53,704 nucleotides of DNA from a virus (taxonomy: Duplodnaviria; Caudoviricetes): positions 1 through 53,704 of IMG/VR virus record IMGVR_UViG_3300034779_000011. One strand, 5' to 3'. The notes beneath the pieces were generated by a model. The model was not told the DNA's origin. It saw only the letters and a list, made by a program, of their open reading frames with translations, and searched no databases. Shown one piece after another: positions 17,624 through 25,296 of the stretch. The first letter of the stretch is position 1; each line of letters begins with the position of its first letter. The position numbers and the translations under genes are program-made.

Positions 17624-19008
17624 GCGGCCGCACGGTCCCGCGCCGCCTGGCCGCCGCCTTCATGGTGGCGCAGTGGGCGATGCAGCGCGAATGGCTGGAG
17701 GCGATGCGGCCCGTGGCCGAGCAGATCGGCGGGCGGGACCTGAGCGCGGCGCAGCTGCGCGAGGAGCTCCGCGCCGCGCTGGAGCCGTTCCGCAAGGACG
17801 CGGTGGCGGTCGAGTGGGGCCAGCCCGTCGACGGGGCGCCGCGCGCGAGCGTGCGGGGCGGCGTCGCGGTGCTCCGGATCGTCGGCCCGATGTTCCACTA
17901 CGCGGACGAGTTCACCGACGTTTGCGGCTGCACGGCGTACGACGCGCTTGCTCGCGATGTGGCGGCGGTGCGGGCCGCGTACCGCGCAGGTGTGGTGGGC
18001 GCGGCCGTGGGCTACTTCGACACGCCCGGCGGCGAGTTCGGCGGCTGCGGGGAGGCGGCGGACCTGGTCCGGTCCCTCGCGGCCGAGATGCCTACCGTGG
18101 CGTACGCGTCCGACCTGTGCTGCTCCGCCGGGTTCTGGCTCGCGAGCGCGTTCGGTGAGCGCGTGGGGGCGGACGCTTCCATGTGGGGCTCGCTGGGCGT
18201 GGTGAGCTCCTACGTCGACAGTTCCGAGCGAGACGCGAAGGCCGGGGTTCGCAGGTTCGAGATCGTCTCCTCGCAGAGCCCCGACAAGCGCGCCAACCCC
18301 GCAGAGGATGAAGGGCGCGCGCGGCACCAGGCGCTGGTGGACTCGCTGGCCGACGTCTTCATCGACCACGTCGCCCGCAACATGAACGTGCCGCGCGCCC
18401 GGGTGCTCTCGGACTTCGGCCGTGGGGGCGTCCTGGTCGGACAGCAGGCGGTCGCCGCGGGAATGATCGACCGGCTCGGCTCCTTCGAGGGGCTGATCGC
18501 GGAGCTTTCGGACAAGTACGGCCCCGGTTCCCGGGGCACGCCCGCCGCCGGCGGGTTCACCCTCTCCCAGGAGCGCACGATGCGCCAGGAGCCCATGTCC
18601 GGCAGCGAAGAGCAGCCGGGGCCCATCACCGCCGACTCGCTGCGCCAGGCCCACCCGCAGGCGGTGGCGGAGCTCGAGACGGCCGCCGCCGCGCGGGAGC
18701 GCGAGCGGATCCGCGCGGTTCTCGCCGAAGCGACCACCGAGGACGAGCGCGCCGCGGTGGCGCCGCTCATCGAGGACCCGCAGGCCACCGCCGGGGACGC
18801 GGCGCGCGCCATCCTCGCCGCCGCCCGCAAGGCAGGCTCGACGGCCGGTGCCAGGGCGAAGGCCTTCCACGACGCCGTGCGGGCGGACGAGGTCGCGCTG
18901 GACGCGCCCGCTCCCAACGCCGCCACCGCGGGGGCGTCCGCCACCGACGCCGCGCAGGTGCTGCAGATCCTGAACGCCGGCAAGCTGCCGGCGCCCTCGC
19001 CGAACTGA
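17620..19008 (+). CDS. S49 prohead protease with C-terminal scaffold
   Basis: DTPGG, CCSAGFWLAS, GSLGVV, AVAAGMID, ERERIRAV. Confidence 0.92.
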   Translation: MSGRTVPRRLAAAFMVAQWAMQREWLEAMRPVAEQIGGRDLSAAQLREELRAALEPFRKDAVAVEWGQPVDGAPRASVRGGVAVLRIVGPMFHYADEFTDVCGCTAYDALARDVAAVRAAYRAGVVGAAVGYFDTPGGEFGGCGEAADLVRSLAAEMPTVAYASDLCCSAGFWLASAFGERVGADASMWGSLGVVSSYVDSSERDAKAGVRRFEIVSSQSPDKRANPAEDEGRARHQALVDSLADVFIDHVARNMNVPRARVLSDFGRGGVLVGQQAVAAGMIDRLGSFEGLIAELSDKYGPGSRGTPAAGGFTLSQERTMRQEPMSGSEEQPGPITADSLRQAHPQAVAELETAAAARERERIRAVLAEATTEDERAAVAPLIEDPQATAGDAARAILAAARKAGSTAGARAKAFHDAVRADEVALDAPAPNAATAGASATDAAQVLQILNAGKLPAPSPN

Positions 19009-19057
19009 CGGGCGCGCAGCGCGCGCCGCTTCTTCCCACTTCGCGGAGAGACCAGCC

Positions 19058-19720
19058 GTGAGCTTCGACCTGAACCCCAAGTTCGCGACGGAGGGCACCT
19101 ACACGCCCGACAACCTGATCGCGGACGGCTGCCCCCACGCGGACACGGTGACCGTGAAGAGCGGTCAGAACGTCGTCCGCGGCACGGTGATGGGCAAGTG
19201 CACCAAGGACACCGTGGGTGTCGCAACCGCGGGCGCGAACACCGGCAACGGCACCGCGTCGGCCGTGACGCTGGGCGCCAAGGCGCAGGCGGGCACCTAC
19301 ACGCTGCGCTGCGTGACGGCGGCGAGCAACGCCGGCACCTTCGCGGTGTTCGCCCCCAACGGCGAGCGCCTGGCGGACCTGACGGTGGGCGTCGCCTACA
19401 CCGGCGGCCACATCAACCTCACGATCTCCGACGGCGCCACCGACTTCGTGGTGGGCGACACCTTCACGGTCGCCGTCTCCGGCTCCGGCAAGTGGATCAA
19501 GTCTCTGGCAGCGGCGGTGGACGGCTCCCAGGACGGGACTGGCATCCTGGCGCACGACTGCGACGCCTCGGCCGGCGACAAGCTCGCGCCGATCTACACC
19601 GGCGGGCCGGCCGAGATCAACCAGCGCGCGCTCACCTTCGGGACCGGCCACACGGCCGGGACGGTTAAGGACACGCTGGCGGCGCGCGGACTCTACCTGC
19701 GCAGCAGCGTCAAGGCCTGA
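19058..19720 (+). CDS. Head decoration protein (gpD-like) with inserted domain
   Basis: YTPDNLIA, GQNVVRGTVMG, DGSQ...ILA, LAARGLYL. Confidence 0.9.
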   Translation: MSFDLNPKFATEGTYTPDNLIADGCPHADTVTVKSGQNVVRGTVMGKCTKDTVGVATAGANTGNGTASAVTLGAKAQAGTYTLRCVTAASNAGTFAVFAPNGERLADLTVGVAYTGGHINLTISDGATDFVVGDTFTVAVSGSGKWIKSLAAAVDGSQDGTGILAHDCDASAGDKLAPIYTGGPAEINQRALTFGTGHTAGTVKDTLAARGLYLRSSVKA

Positions 19721-19766
19721 CGCCCGCCTCCACTCACGACGACCACCAACAGGAAAGGTCCGACCC

Positions 19767-20825
19767 ATGGCCGACACGTACACCACCCGGGTGCTGATCG
19801 GGGTGGTCGAGAGCCGCGAAGGCGGCAAGCTCCAGACGTTCTTCCGCAATTTCTTCCCCTTCCGCGTGCAGAGCGACCGGGAGGAGATCCTCTTCGACGT
19901 GGTGGACAAGAAGAAGCGCCTGGCGCCCTTCGTCTCGCCGCTGGTCAAGGGCAAGATCATGGAGGCGTGGGGCTACGTGACCCGCGTCTTCAAGCCCGCG
20001 TACCTGAAGCCGAAGGGGGTCGTGCGGCCCACCGACGCGATCAAGCGCCTCGCGGGCGAGAAGCTGAACGGCGAGATGAGCATGGCGGAGCGCCGGAACA
20101 TCCACATCCGGAACCACCTGTTCGAGCAGGACGACGCCTGCGACAACCGCGAGGAGGTGATGTGCGCGGAGGCGCTGCGGCTCGGGCAAGTCACCGTTTC
20201 GGGAGACGGCTACCCCACCCAAGTGATCAGCTTCGGGCGCAACTCCGCGCACCGGATCGTCCTCTCCGGCGCCGACTTGTGGAGCGCGTCGACCGCCACG
20301 CCCAACGACGACCTGGAGGAGTGGGCGGAGCTGGTGCGCGACAACGGCGACGGCGCGGTGGTCACCGACTGGATCATGGGGACGCGCGCCTTCAAGGCGT
20401 ACAAGAACTGGCTCAAGGACAACGAGCCGGACCTGCTCAAGATCCTGCTCAACGCCCAGAACCGGGGCCAGACCACCTCGCTGCAGATGGGCCCGCAGGC
20501 GGCGCGCAAGATCGTCAACCAGGGAACGGTCGGTGAGTTCCAGTTCTGGACGTACAGCGACACCTACCAGGACGAGGACGGCGTCACGCAGCAGGTGTTC
20601 CCGAAGGAGGAGGTGCTGGGCGTCTCCATGGACGTGGAGGGCACCATCTGCTACGGCGCCATCATGGACGCCGACGCCGGGGAGAGCGGGCTCGCGGTGA
20701 TGGAGCGCTTCCCGAAGAACTGGAAGGAGGCTGACCCGTCGGCAGAGTACGTCATGACGCAGTCGGCCCCGCTCGCGGTGCCGCTGCGTCCCAACGCCAC
20801 CGTGAGCGCCGTGGTGCTGGCGTAA
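19767..20825 (+). CDS. Major capsid protein (lambda gpE family)
   Basis: RLAPFVSP, FKPAYLKPK, NREEVMCAEAL, YGAI, DPSAEYVMTQSAPL. Confidence 0.96.
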   Translation: MADTYTTRVLIGVVESREGGKLQTFFRNFFPFRVQSDREEILFDVVDKKKRLAPFVSPLVKGKIMEAWGYVTRVFKPAYLKPKGVVRPTDAIKRLAGEKLNGEMSMAERRNIHIRNHLFEQDDACDNREEVMCAEALRLGQVTVSGDGYPTQVISFGRNSAHRIVLSGADLWSASTATPNDDLEEWAELVRDNGDGAVVTDWIMGTRAFKAYKNWLKDNEPDLLKILLNAQNRGQTTSLQMGPQAARKIVNQGTVGEFQFWTYSDTYQDEDGVTQQVFPKEEVLGVSMDVEGTICYGAIMDADAGESGLAVMERFPKNWKEADPSAEYVMTQSAPLAVPLRPNATVSAVVLA

Positions 20826-20860
20826 CCCCCCCGGCCTCGCGCGGAGGAGTCGAAGAACCC

Positions 20861-20881
20861 GGGCGGGGCCGTACCCCGCCC
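20861..20881 (+). terminator. Hairpin after the capsid gene
   Basis: GGGCGGGG-CCGTA-CCCCGCCC; no U-tract. Confidence 0.35.
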
Positions 20882-20913
20882 CTCTCCAAACGATCAACCT
20901 CTCACCACTACAG

Positions 20914-21348
20914 GTGATCCCGATGGCGGACGACGTGAAGATGGTGAACGTGATCCCGCTCGTGCAGGTGCGCTACACGCCGCCCGGCGGCAGCCGCGGC
21001 ACCTACCTGCCGGGCACGAAGGAGAAGCCCGCCGAGGCCTTCCCGATGGAGGAGGGCGAGGCGCTCAGGCTGGCCCGGATGAAGCCGCCCGCCGTGGAGA
21101 TCGTGCCGTCGGCCACGTCGGCGGACCAGCCGCAGCACCCGGCGGCGACCGTCCCGCCGACGCGCGCGGAGCTGGAGCAGGGGGCGAAGGCGCTCGGGAT
21201 CGACCTCGGCTCCATCGTCGGCACGGGCAGGAACGGCGCGCTGAAGAACGCCGACATCGCCGCCGCCATCGCCGCGCGGCGCCACGAGCTGGAGGCGGAC
21301 GTGGACGACGATCCGGGCGGGCGCATCCCCGGCCTGGTGACCGAGTAG
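20914..21348 (+). CDS. Post-capsid protein (FI position) with E3-binding-like motif
   Basis: AKALGIDLGSIVGTGRNGALKNADI. Confidence 0.75.
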   Translation: MIPMADDVKMVNVIPLVQVRYTPPGGSRGTYLPGTKEKPAEAFPMEEGEALRLARMKPPAVEIVPSATSADQPQHPAATVPPTRAELEQGAKALGIDLGSIVGTGRNGALKNADIAAAIAARRHELEADVDDDPGGRIPGLVTE

Positions 21349-21370
21349 TCCGCTCACCGCCGCCGCCCCC

Positions 21371-21898
21371 GTGTTCACCCCTCAGGAGGTGGAGACAGAT
21401 CTCCGGCTGACCGGAGGCAAGCCCGTGCTCTATGGGCACCGGCCGTTCACGGTGGACGGCGCCACCGACCGGGTACTCACCGCCGGCCACGGCTTCCCGG
21501 CGGGGCTGCGGCTGGAGTTCGTGGGCGGGGCGCCGGGCGGGCTGGCGACGGGCACCGGCTACTACGTGCTCGCCCCCAACCCGCAGGGGTTCCAGGTGGC
21601 CGCAACGGCGGGCGGCGCGGCCGTGGACCTCGTCGGCGCGGCCCCCGCCGGCAGCCAGGTGGCGCTCTCCACCTGGGGCCACTGGGACGTCGACCGGCAG
21701 GAAGACACCTTCGAAGGCGAGCGCGCGGTTCACGGGGAGCCGGCCGGGCTGGTGCGGGTGGCGACCGGGATGGTGTCACGGGTCCACCTGCGGGCGCGCG
21801 CCGCGCTCTTCTTCAACGGCGTGCGGTACGTCATCCTCGCCGCGACGCCGGTGGGAGACGGGGAGGAGACGGAGATCGTGGTGGGCAAGGGCAGCTAG
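21371..21898 (+). CDS. Head-closure/adaptor (FII-like) with inserted beta domain
   Basis: Position; C-terminal FNGVRYVI...GDGEETEIVV. Confidence 0.65.
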   Translation: MFTPQEVETDLRLTGGKPVLYGHRPFTVDGATDRVLTAGHGFPAGLRLEFVGGAPGGLATGTGYYVLAPNPQGFQVAATAGGAAVDLVGAAPAGSQVALSTWGHWDVDRQEDTFEGERAVHGEPAGLVRVATGMVSRVHLRARAALFFNGVRYVILAATPVGDGEETEIVVGKGS

Positions 21899-21922
21899 TT
21901 TCCCTGCGGAAACAACGACCCC

Positions 21923-22447
21923 GTGCAGATTCCAGCGAGCATCCTCGAACGCGTGCTGCAGGCGGCGGAGGGCCGCCTCGGCGAATCCTCCGCCACGACC
22001 CCGGCCGGGGTGACGTACGAGCGGCCGGCGGCGCTGGTGTGCCGCTCCCCGCTGGCGCCGGGGGAGCCGGGAGAGCTGCCCCGCATGGCGGTGGTCCTGG
22101 CGCAGCCGCCGGAGAAGCTCGGGGAGACAGGGGAGCTCAGGGCGCCGGGGTCGGTGACAAGCGAGGTGTTCGCCGCCGTGGTCTGCCAGGTCGAGGGCAG
22201 CAACGAGAGCGGGGCGCCTGGGCTCGACACGTTGCTGGACCCTCTCCGCTCATGGGCGATCATCGCCTTGCTCTACGACTGGACCGAGCCCCGGCCGTTC
22301 GGGGGGCTGGTGGAGCGGGCGGAGTACGTCGGTGCCCGGTGGGACCGCGACCAGGCGGGCGTGCCCTTCGGCGAGGTGATGCTTTTCTTCCGCTTCCAGC
22401 TCGCGACCGATGCGGCGGACCCGACGACACTCTCACCCGTGGCATGA
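21923..22447 (+). CDS. Tail terminator/completion protein
   Basis: Position; ELPRMAV, LDTLL, FGGLV. Confidence 0.6.
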   Translation: MQIPASILERVLQAAEGRLGESSATTPAGVTYERPAALVCRSPLAPGEPGELPRMAVVLAQPPEKLGETGELRAPGSVTSEVFAAVVCQVEGSNESGAPGLDTLLDPLRSWAIIALLYDWTEPRPFGGLVERAEYVGARWDRDQAGVPFGEVMLFFRFQLATDAADPTTLSPVA

Positions 22448-22457
22448 GGGCCCACTG

Positions 22458-22628
22458 ATGCTGATCGAGCTCCTGTCGGAAGTCATGAACCGCTTCGGAC
22501 GCTTCCCGGTGACAAACCCTCCCACGCGCGTAGACTGGCCGGCTGACGTCGCCCAGCCTCTGCTGGACGTCAAGGCTGCGCGGCCGGTCGAGCCACCGCG
22601 CCGCCGGGCGAAAGGGGCTCAGCCGTGA
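22458..22628 (+). CDS. Small hypothetical protein
   Basis: GAGGG RBS; coupled to the next gene. Confidence 0.5.
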   Translation: MLIELLSEVMNRFGRFPVTNPPTRVDWPADVAQPLLDVKAARPVEPPRRRAKGAQP

Positions 22629-22975
22629 AGACGACGCCCATTCGCCACGTCGTTGTCGGCGGACGCGACGTCTCGCAGCACATGAGCGCGGGTTTCCTGC
22701 GCAGGTGGACGAAGCCGAACGGCTTCGTGTACTCCGAGCTTCACCTGCGGTGGCGCCGCGACGCAGAATCGGCAGCGCTTGCGGGCGACCTTTGGTGGTC
22801 CATCAGGGAGAGCGGCGCGCCCTGCGAGGCTGAGATCCGCGAGCGGTGCGGGCCCGTGGGTCCCACCAACTGCGGCTGGCGAGCGGCGTTCGTCCTGCGC
22901 GACGACCCGCCCACTGAGCCACAGGACGTGCTGGTGCTCGTCCAGGCCACCGCACTGGAGGAGATCCGCGCATGA
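22625..22975 (+). CDS. Short diverged paralogue of the tail tube protein
   Basis: EIRERCGPVGPTNCGWRAAF vs EFRAVNASRSATNPGWSAAY in 23737-24168. Confidence 0.55.
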   Translation: MKTTPIRHVVVGGRDVSQHMSAGFLRRWTKPNGFVYSELHLRWRRDAESAALAGDLWWSIRESGAPCEAEIRERCGPVGPTNCGWRAAFVLRDDPPTEPQDVLVLVQATALEEIRA

Positions 22976-23700
22976 TCTTCAAGACCGGTCGCCTGTTCGT
23001 GGGCGGCTACGACCTGACCAACGGCCTGCAGCGGATCTCGCTGGGTGCCACACTGGACGAGAAGGAGACCAGCCACGCCGGCAGCGCCGGAATGCGGCAG
23101 TCCGATGCGGGGATCGAGCAGGCGGAGTTCTCCTGCGGGCTCCTCTATTCCGACAACAACGTCGACGCCCCAGGCGATGCGCTGTTCGCGCTTCAGGGCG
23201 ACGCTGGCGTGCCGCTCGCCTTCGCGCTCGGCTCCGCCGCCGCCGGAGACCTCGCGTGGCTGTTCCTGTCCACTGCGTTCCGCGCTCCGAAAGACCTGCG
23301 CGTAGGTGAGCCGGCGACGATCACGGCGGAAGGACGGAGCAGCTCGGGGCCGCTGGTGCGGGGGCGGGTGATGCTGAACCTCACGCGGAGCGTGACCGGC
23401 GCAACCAACAACGGAACGGCCGTGAACCTGGGGGCCGCGCTCTCCAGTCAGCGGGTCTACCTGGTCGTCCATGTCGGCGCCGCCTCGGCCGCGCTCGCCA
23501 CCACGTTCAAGCTCCAGAGCGCGCCGGCGTCCAACTTCGCCTCGCCCACCGACCGCGTCACCCTCACTCCGGCCGGCCCGAACGGCGCCGCCTGGGGCTC
23601 GCTCGCTGGGCCGGTGACCGACACCTGGTGGCGCGTGGTGGACACCGTCACCGGCAGCGCGCCCACGGTGCCCCTCTTCGTCGCGGCAGGCATCCGCTGA
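22972..23700 (+). CDS. Tail tube-like structural protein with extra C-terminal beta domain
   Basis: LFVGGYDLT...DEKETSH; KLQSAP...TWWRV. Confidence 0.7.
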   Translation: MIFKTGRLFVGGYDLTNGLQRISLGATLDEKETSHAGSAGMRQSDAGIEQAEFSCGLLYSDNNVDAPGDALFALQGDAGVPLAFALGSAAAGDLAWLFLSTAFRAPKDLRVGEPATITAEGRSSSGPLVRGRVMLNLTRSVTGATNNGTAVNLGAALSSQRVYLVVHVGAASAALATTFKLQSAPASNFASPTDRVTLTPAGPNGAAWGSLAGPVTDTWWRVVDTVTGSAPTVPLFVAAGIR

Positions 23701-23736
23701 CACACCCCTCCCTCCCTCAGCACCGGATGGCAACCG

Positions 23737-24168
23737 ATGATCCTCAAGAACCCGTACGTAAGCGTGACGACCTCCGGCCCCACGACGGTCGACCTCTCCG
23801 CGTACGTCCAGCAGATCTCCGGCGGTCCGGAGTTCGACGAGGTGGACACCACCGTGGGCAACGCGGCCGGCACGAAGTCGAGCGAGGCGGGCATGGAGTC
23901 CGGCTCGCTGGAGGTCACCTGCCTCCAGGCCTTCGGCACGGGCACCCCGGACGCGGTGAACGCCGCGGCATACGAGGACGCCCGCAACGGTCTCAACGTG
24001 ACCGTGGAGTTCCGGGCGGTGAACGCCAGCCGGTCGGCCACCAACCCCGGCTGGAGCGCGGCCTACAAGTGCTTCGTCTACAAGCCGGTGGACACGCAGG
24101 TGGGCCAGGCGATCACCACCGTGCTCCGCTTCGTGAAGCAGGGTGCGCTGAGCAAGCTCACGTCGTAA
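23737..24168 (+). CDS. Major tail tube protein
   Basis: VDLSAYV, DEVDTT, SATNPGW; directly before the chaperone genes. Confidence 0.75.
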   Translation: MILKNPYVSVTTSGPTTVDLSAYVQQISGGPEFDEVDTTVGNAAGTKSSEAGMESGSLEVTCLQAFGTGTPDAVNAAAYEDARNGLNVTVEFRAVNASRSATNPGWSAAYKCFVYKPVDTQVGQAITTVLRFVKQGALSKLTS

Positions 24169-24183
24169 ACGGAGGGACGAACG

Positions 24184-24615
24184 ATGCCCAGGAAGGAGGT
24201 CGCCCCGGCCGCGCCCGTGCCGTCGCTGGCGGAGCGGGCCCGGGCGCGGGTCGCGGCCAAGCGGGCCGAAGCACGGCCGGTCGGGGCCACCAGCGAGTGG
24301 CACTACGTGCCGGAGCTGGAAGGCGAGGTGGAGGTGCGCGGCGGTTCGGGGGTCACCCGCTCGGCCGTACTGATCGACGTCGCCGCGTCGGAGCCGGAAC
24401 ACGAGCAAACCGTCGCTCTCCTTTCCGCGATCAAGCACACTACTCGCGACCCTGAGACCGGGGCGCTCGTGTTCGCGGGGATGAGCATGGACGACCTCGC
24501 CGCGCTCGACTTCGAGACGCAGTGCATCCTCGGACCGCCGGCACTGCGGGCGGCGGGACTGGGCGCGCGCGAGGGAAAAGGCGAGGCCCCGACCACTGGC
24601 TCTACTTCCGCATAG
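24184..24615 (+). CDS. Tail assembly chaperone (gpG-like)
   Basis: DPETGALVF; ends at slippery site G GGA AAA. Confidence 0.85.
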   Translation: MPRKEVAPAAPVPSLAERARARVAAKRAEARPVGATSEWHYVPELEGEVEVRGGSGVTRSAVLIDVAASEPEHEQTVALLSAIKHTTRDPETGALVFAGMSMDDLAALDFETQCILGPPALRAAGLGAREGKGEAPTTGSTSA

Positions 24616-24902
24616 CCACCGAGCTCGGCGGGATGACCGTGGCGGAGCTCAAGCGGCGCATCACCGCAGAGGAAGCCGCCGACTGGGAGGAATGGTTCCT
24701 GGAGGAGCGGCGGCGGGTGGAGGAGGCGGCGGGGGGCGGGGCTGGCGGAGCCGGGGCGCCGTCGCTCGCGGACGTGGAGGATGGTTACGCCGAGCTGGAC
24801 GCGCTGCTCAAGGCGGGCGGCCTCACCGAGGAGCAGCACCGCGAGGCGTGTGAGAACCTGAAGCGCAAGCGGGAGGTCTGGGCGGCAGCCGGCGTTAGCT
24901 GA
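24573..24902 (+). CDS. gpT-like -1 frameshift extension of the chaperone
   Basis: GGGAAAA at 24573-24579; -1 frame FRIATELGGMTVAELKRRITAEEAADW. Confidence 0.85.
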   Translation, partial: GKRRGPDHWLYFRIATELGGMTVAELKRRITAEEAADWEEWFLEERRRVEEAAGGGAGGAGAPSLADVEDGYAELDALLKAGGLTEEQHREACENLKRKREVWAAAGVS

Positions 24903-25068
24903 AGAGCACCAGCAGAACCAGAACTGCCAGCACGACCCCAGCGGCAATCGTTCCCGCCGTGACCGGCTTTGCTGGGGGCGGGCCCTGGGTGCAACCGCAG
25001 GTCGGGCAGGTTGGCGCCGCAGAGTCGATCAGGGAGCGGCACTCGCGACACGGAACATCGTGAGTCAT
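24895..25068 (-). CDS. 57-aa Zn-ribbon membrane protein (moron)
   Basis: Own translation: MTHDVPCRECRSLIDSAAPTCPTCG...IAAGVVLAVLVLLVLFS. Confidence 0.65.
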   Translation of the reverse strand: MTHDVPCRECRSLIDSAAPTCPTCGCTQGPPPAKPVTAGTIAAGVVLAVLVLLVLFS

Positions 25069-25105
25069 CGGGAGGTGGATACGGCGGGGGCGGAAGGGGT
25101 GGATT

Positions 25106-25207
25106 TCACGTACCTCGTCTTCGTGAAACTAATAGCAGGCCAATTCCGACCCCAAGCCCGATCAGAAGTCCTACGGCGAGCGCGAGTAGGAGTAGGGCGG
25201 TGATCAT
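25106..25207 (-). CDS. 33-aa single-TM peptide (moron)
   Basis: Own translation: MITALLLLALAVGLLIGLGVGIGLLLVSRRRGT; GGAGG RBS. Confidence 0.6.
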   Translation of the reverse strand: MITALLLLALAVGLLIGLGVGIGLLLVSRRRGT

Positions 25208-25296
25208 CTGCACTATCCTCCGGGCTTTTGAGTGTGCGGTTCTTACGGTAACGAGCGGGTCCGGCGTTCGTCAAACCCTTCGGCTGATCTCCGCTG

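Noticed and set aside
15872-24438. Long antisense ORFs (e.g. 15872-17500, 17359-19098, 22741-24438)
   Set aside because: Shadow frames of high-GC3 structural genes; no motifs
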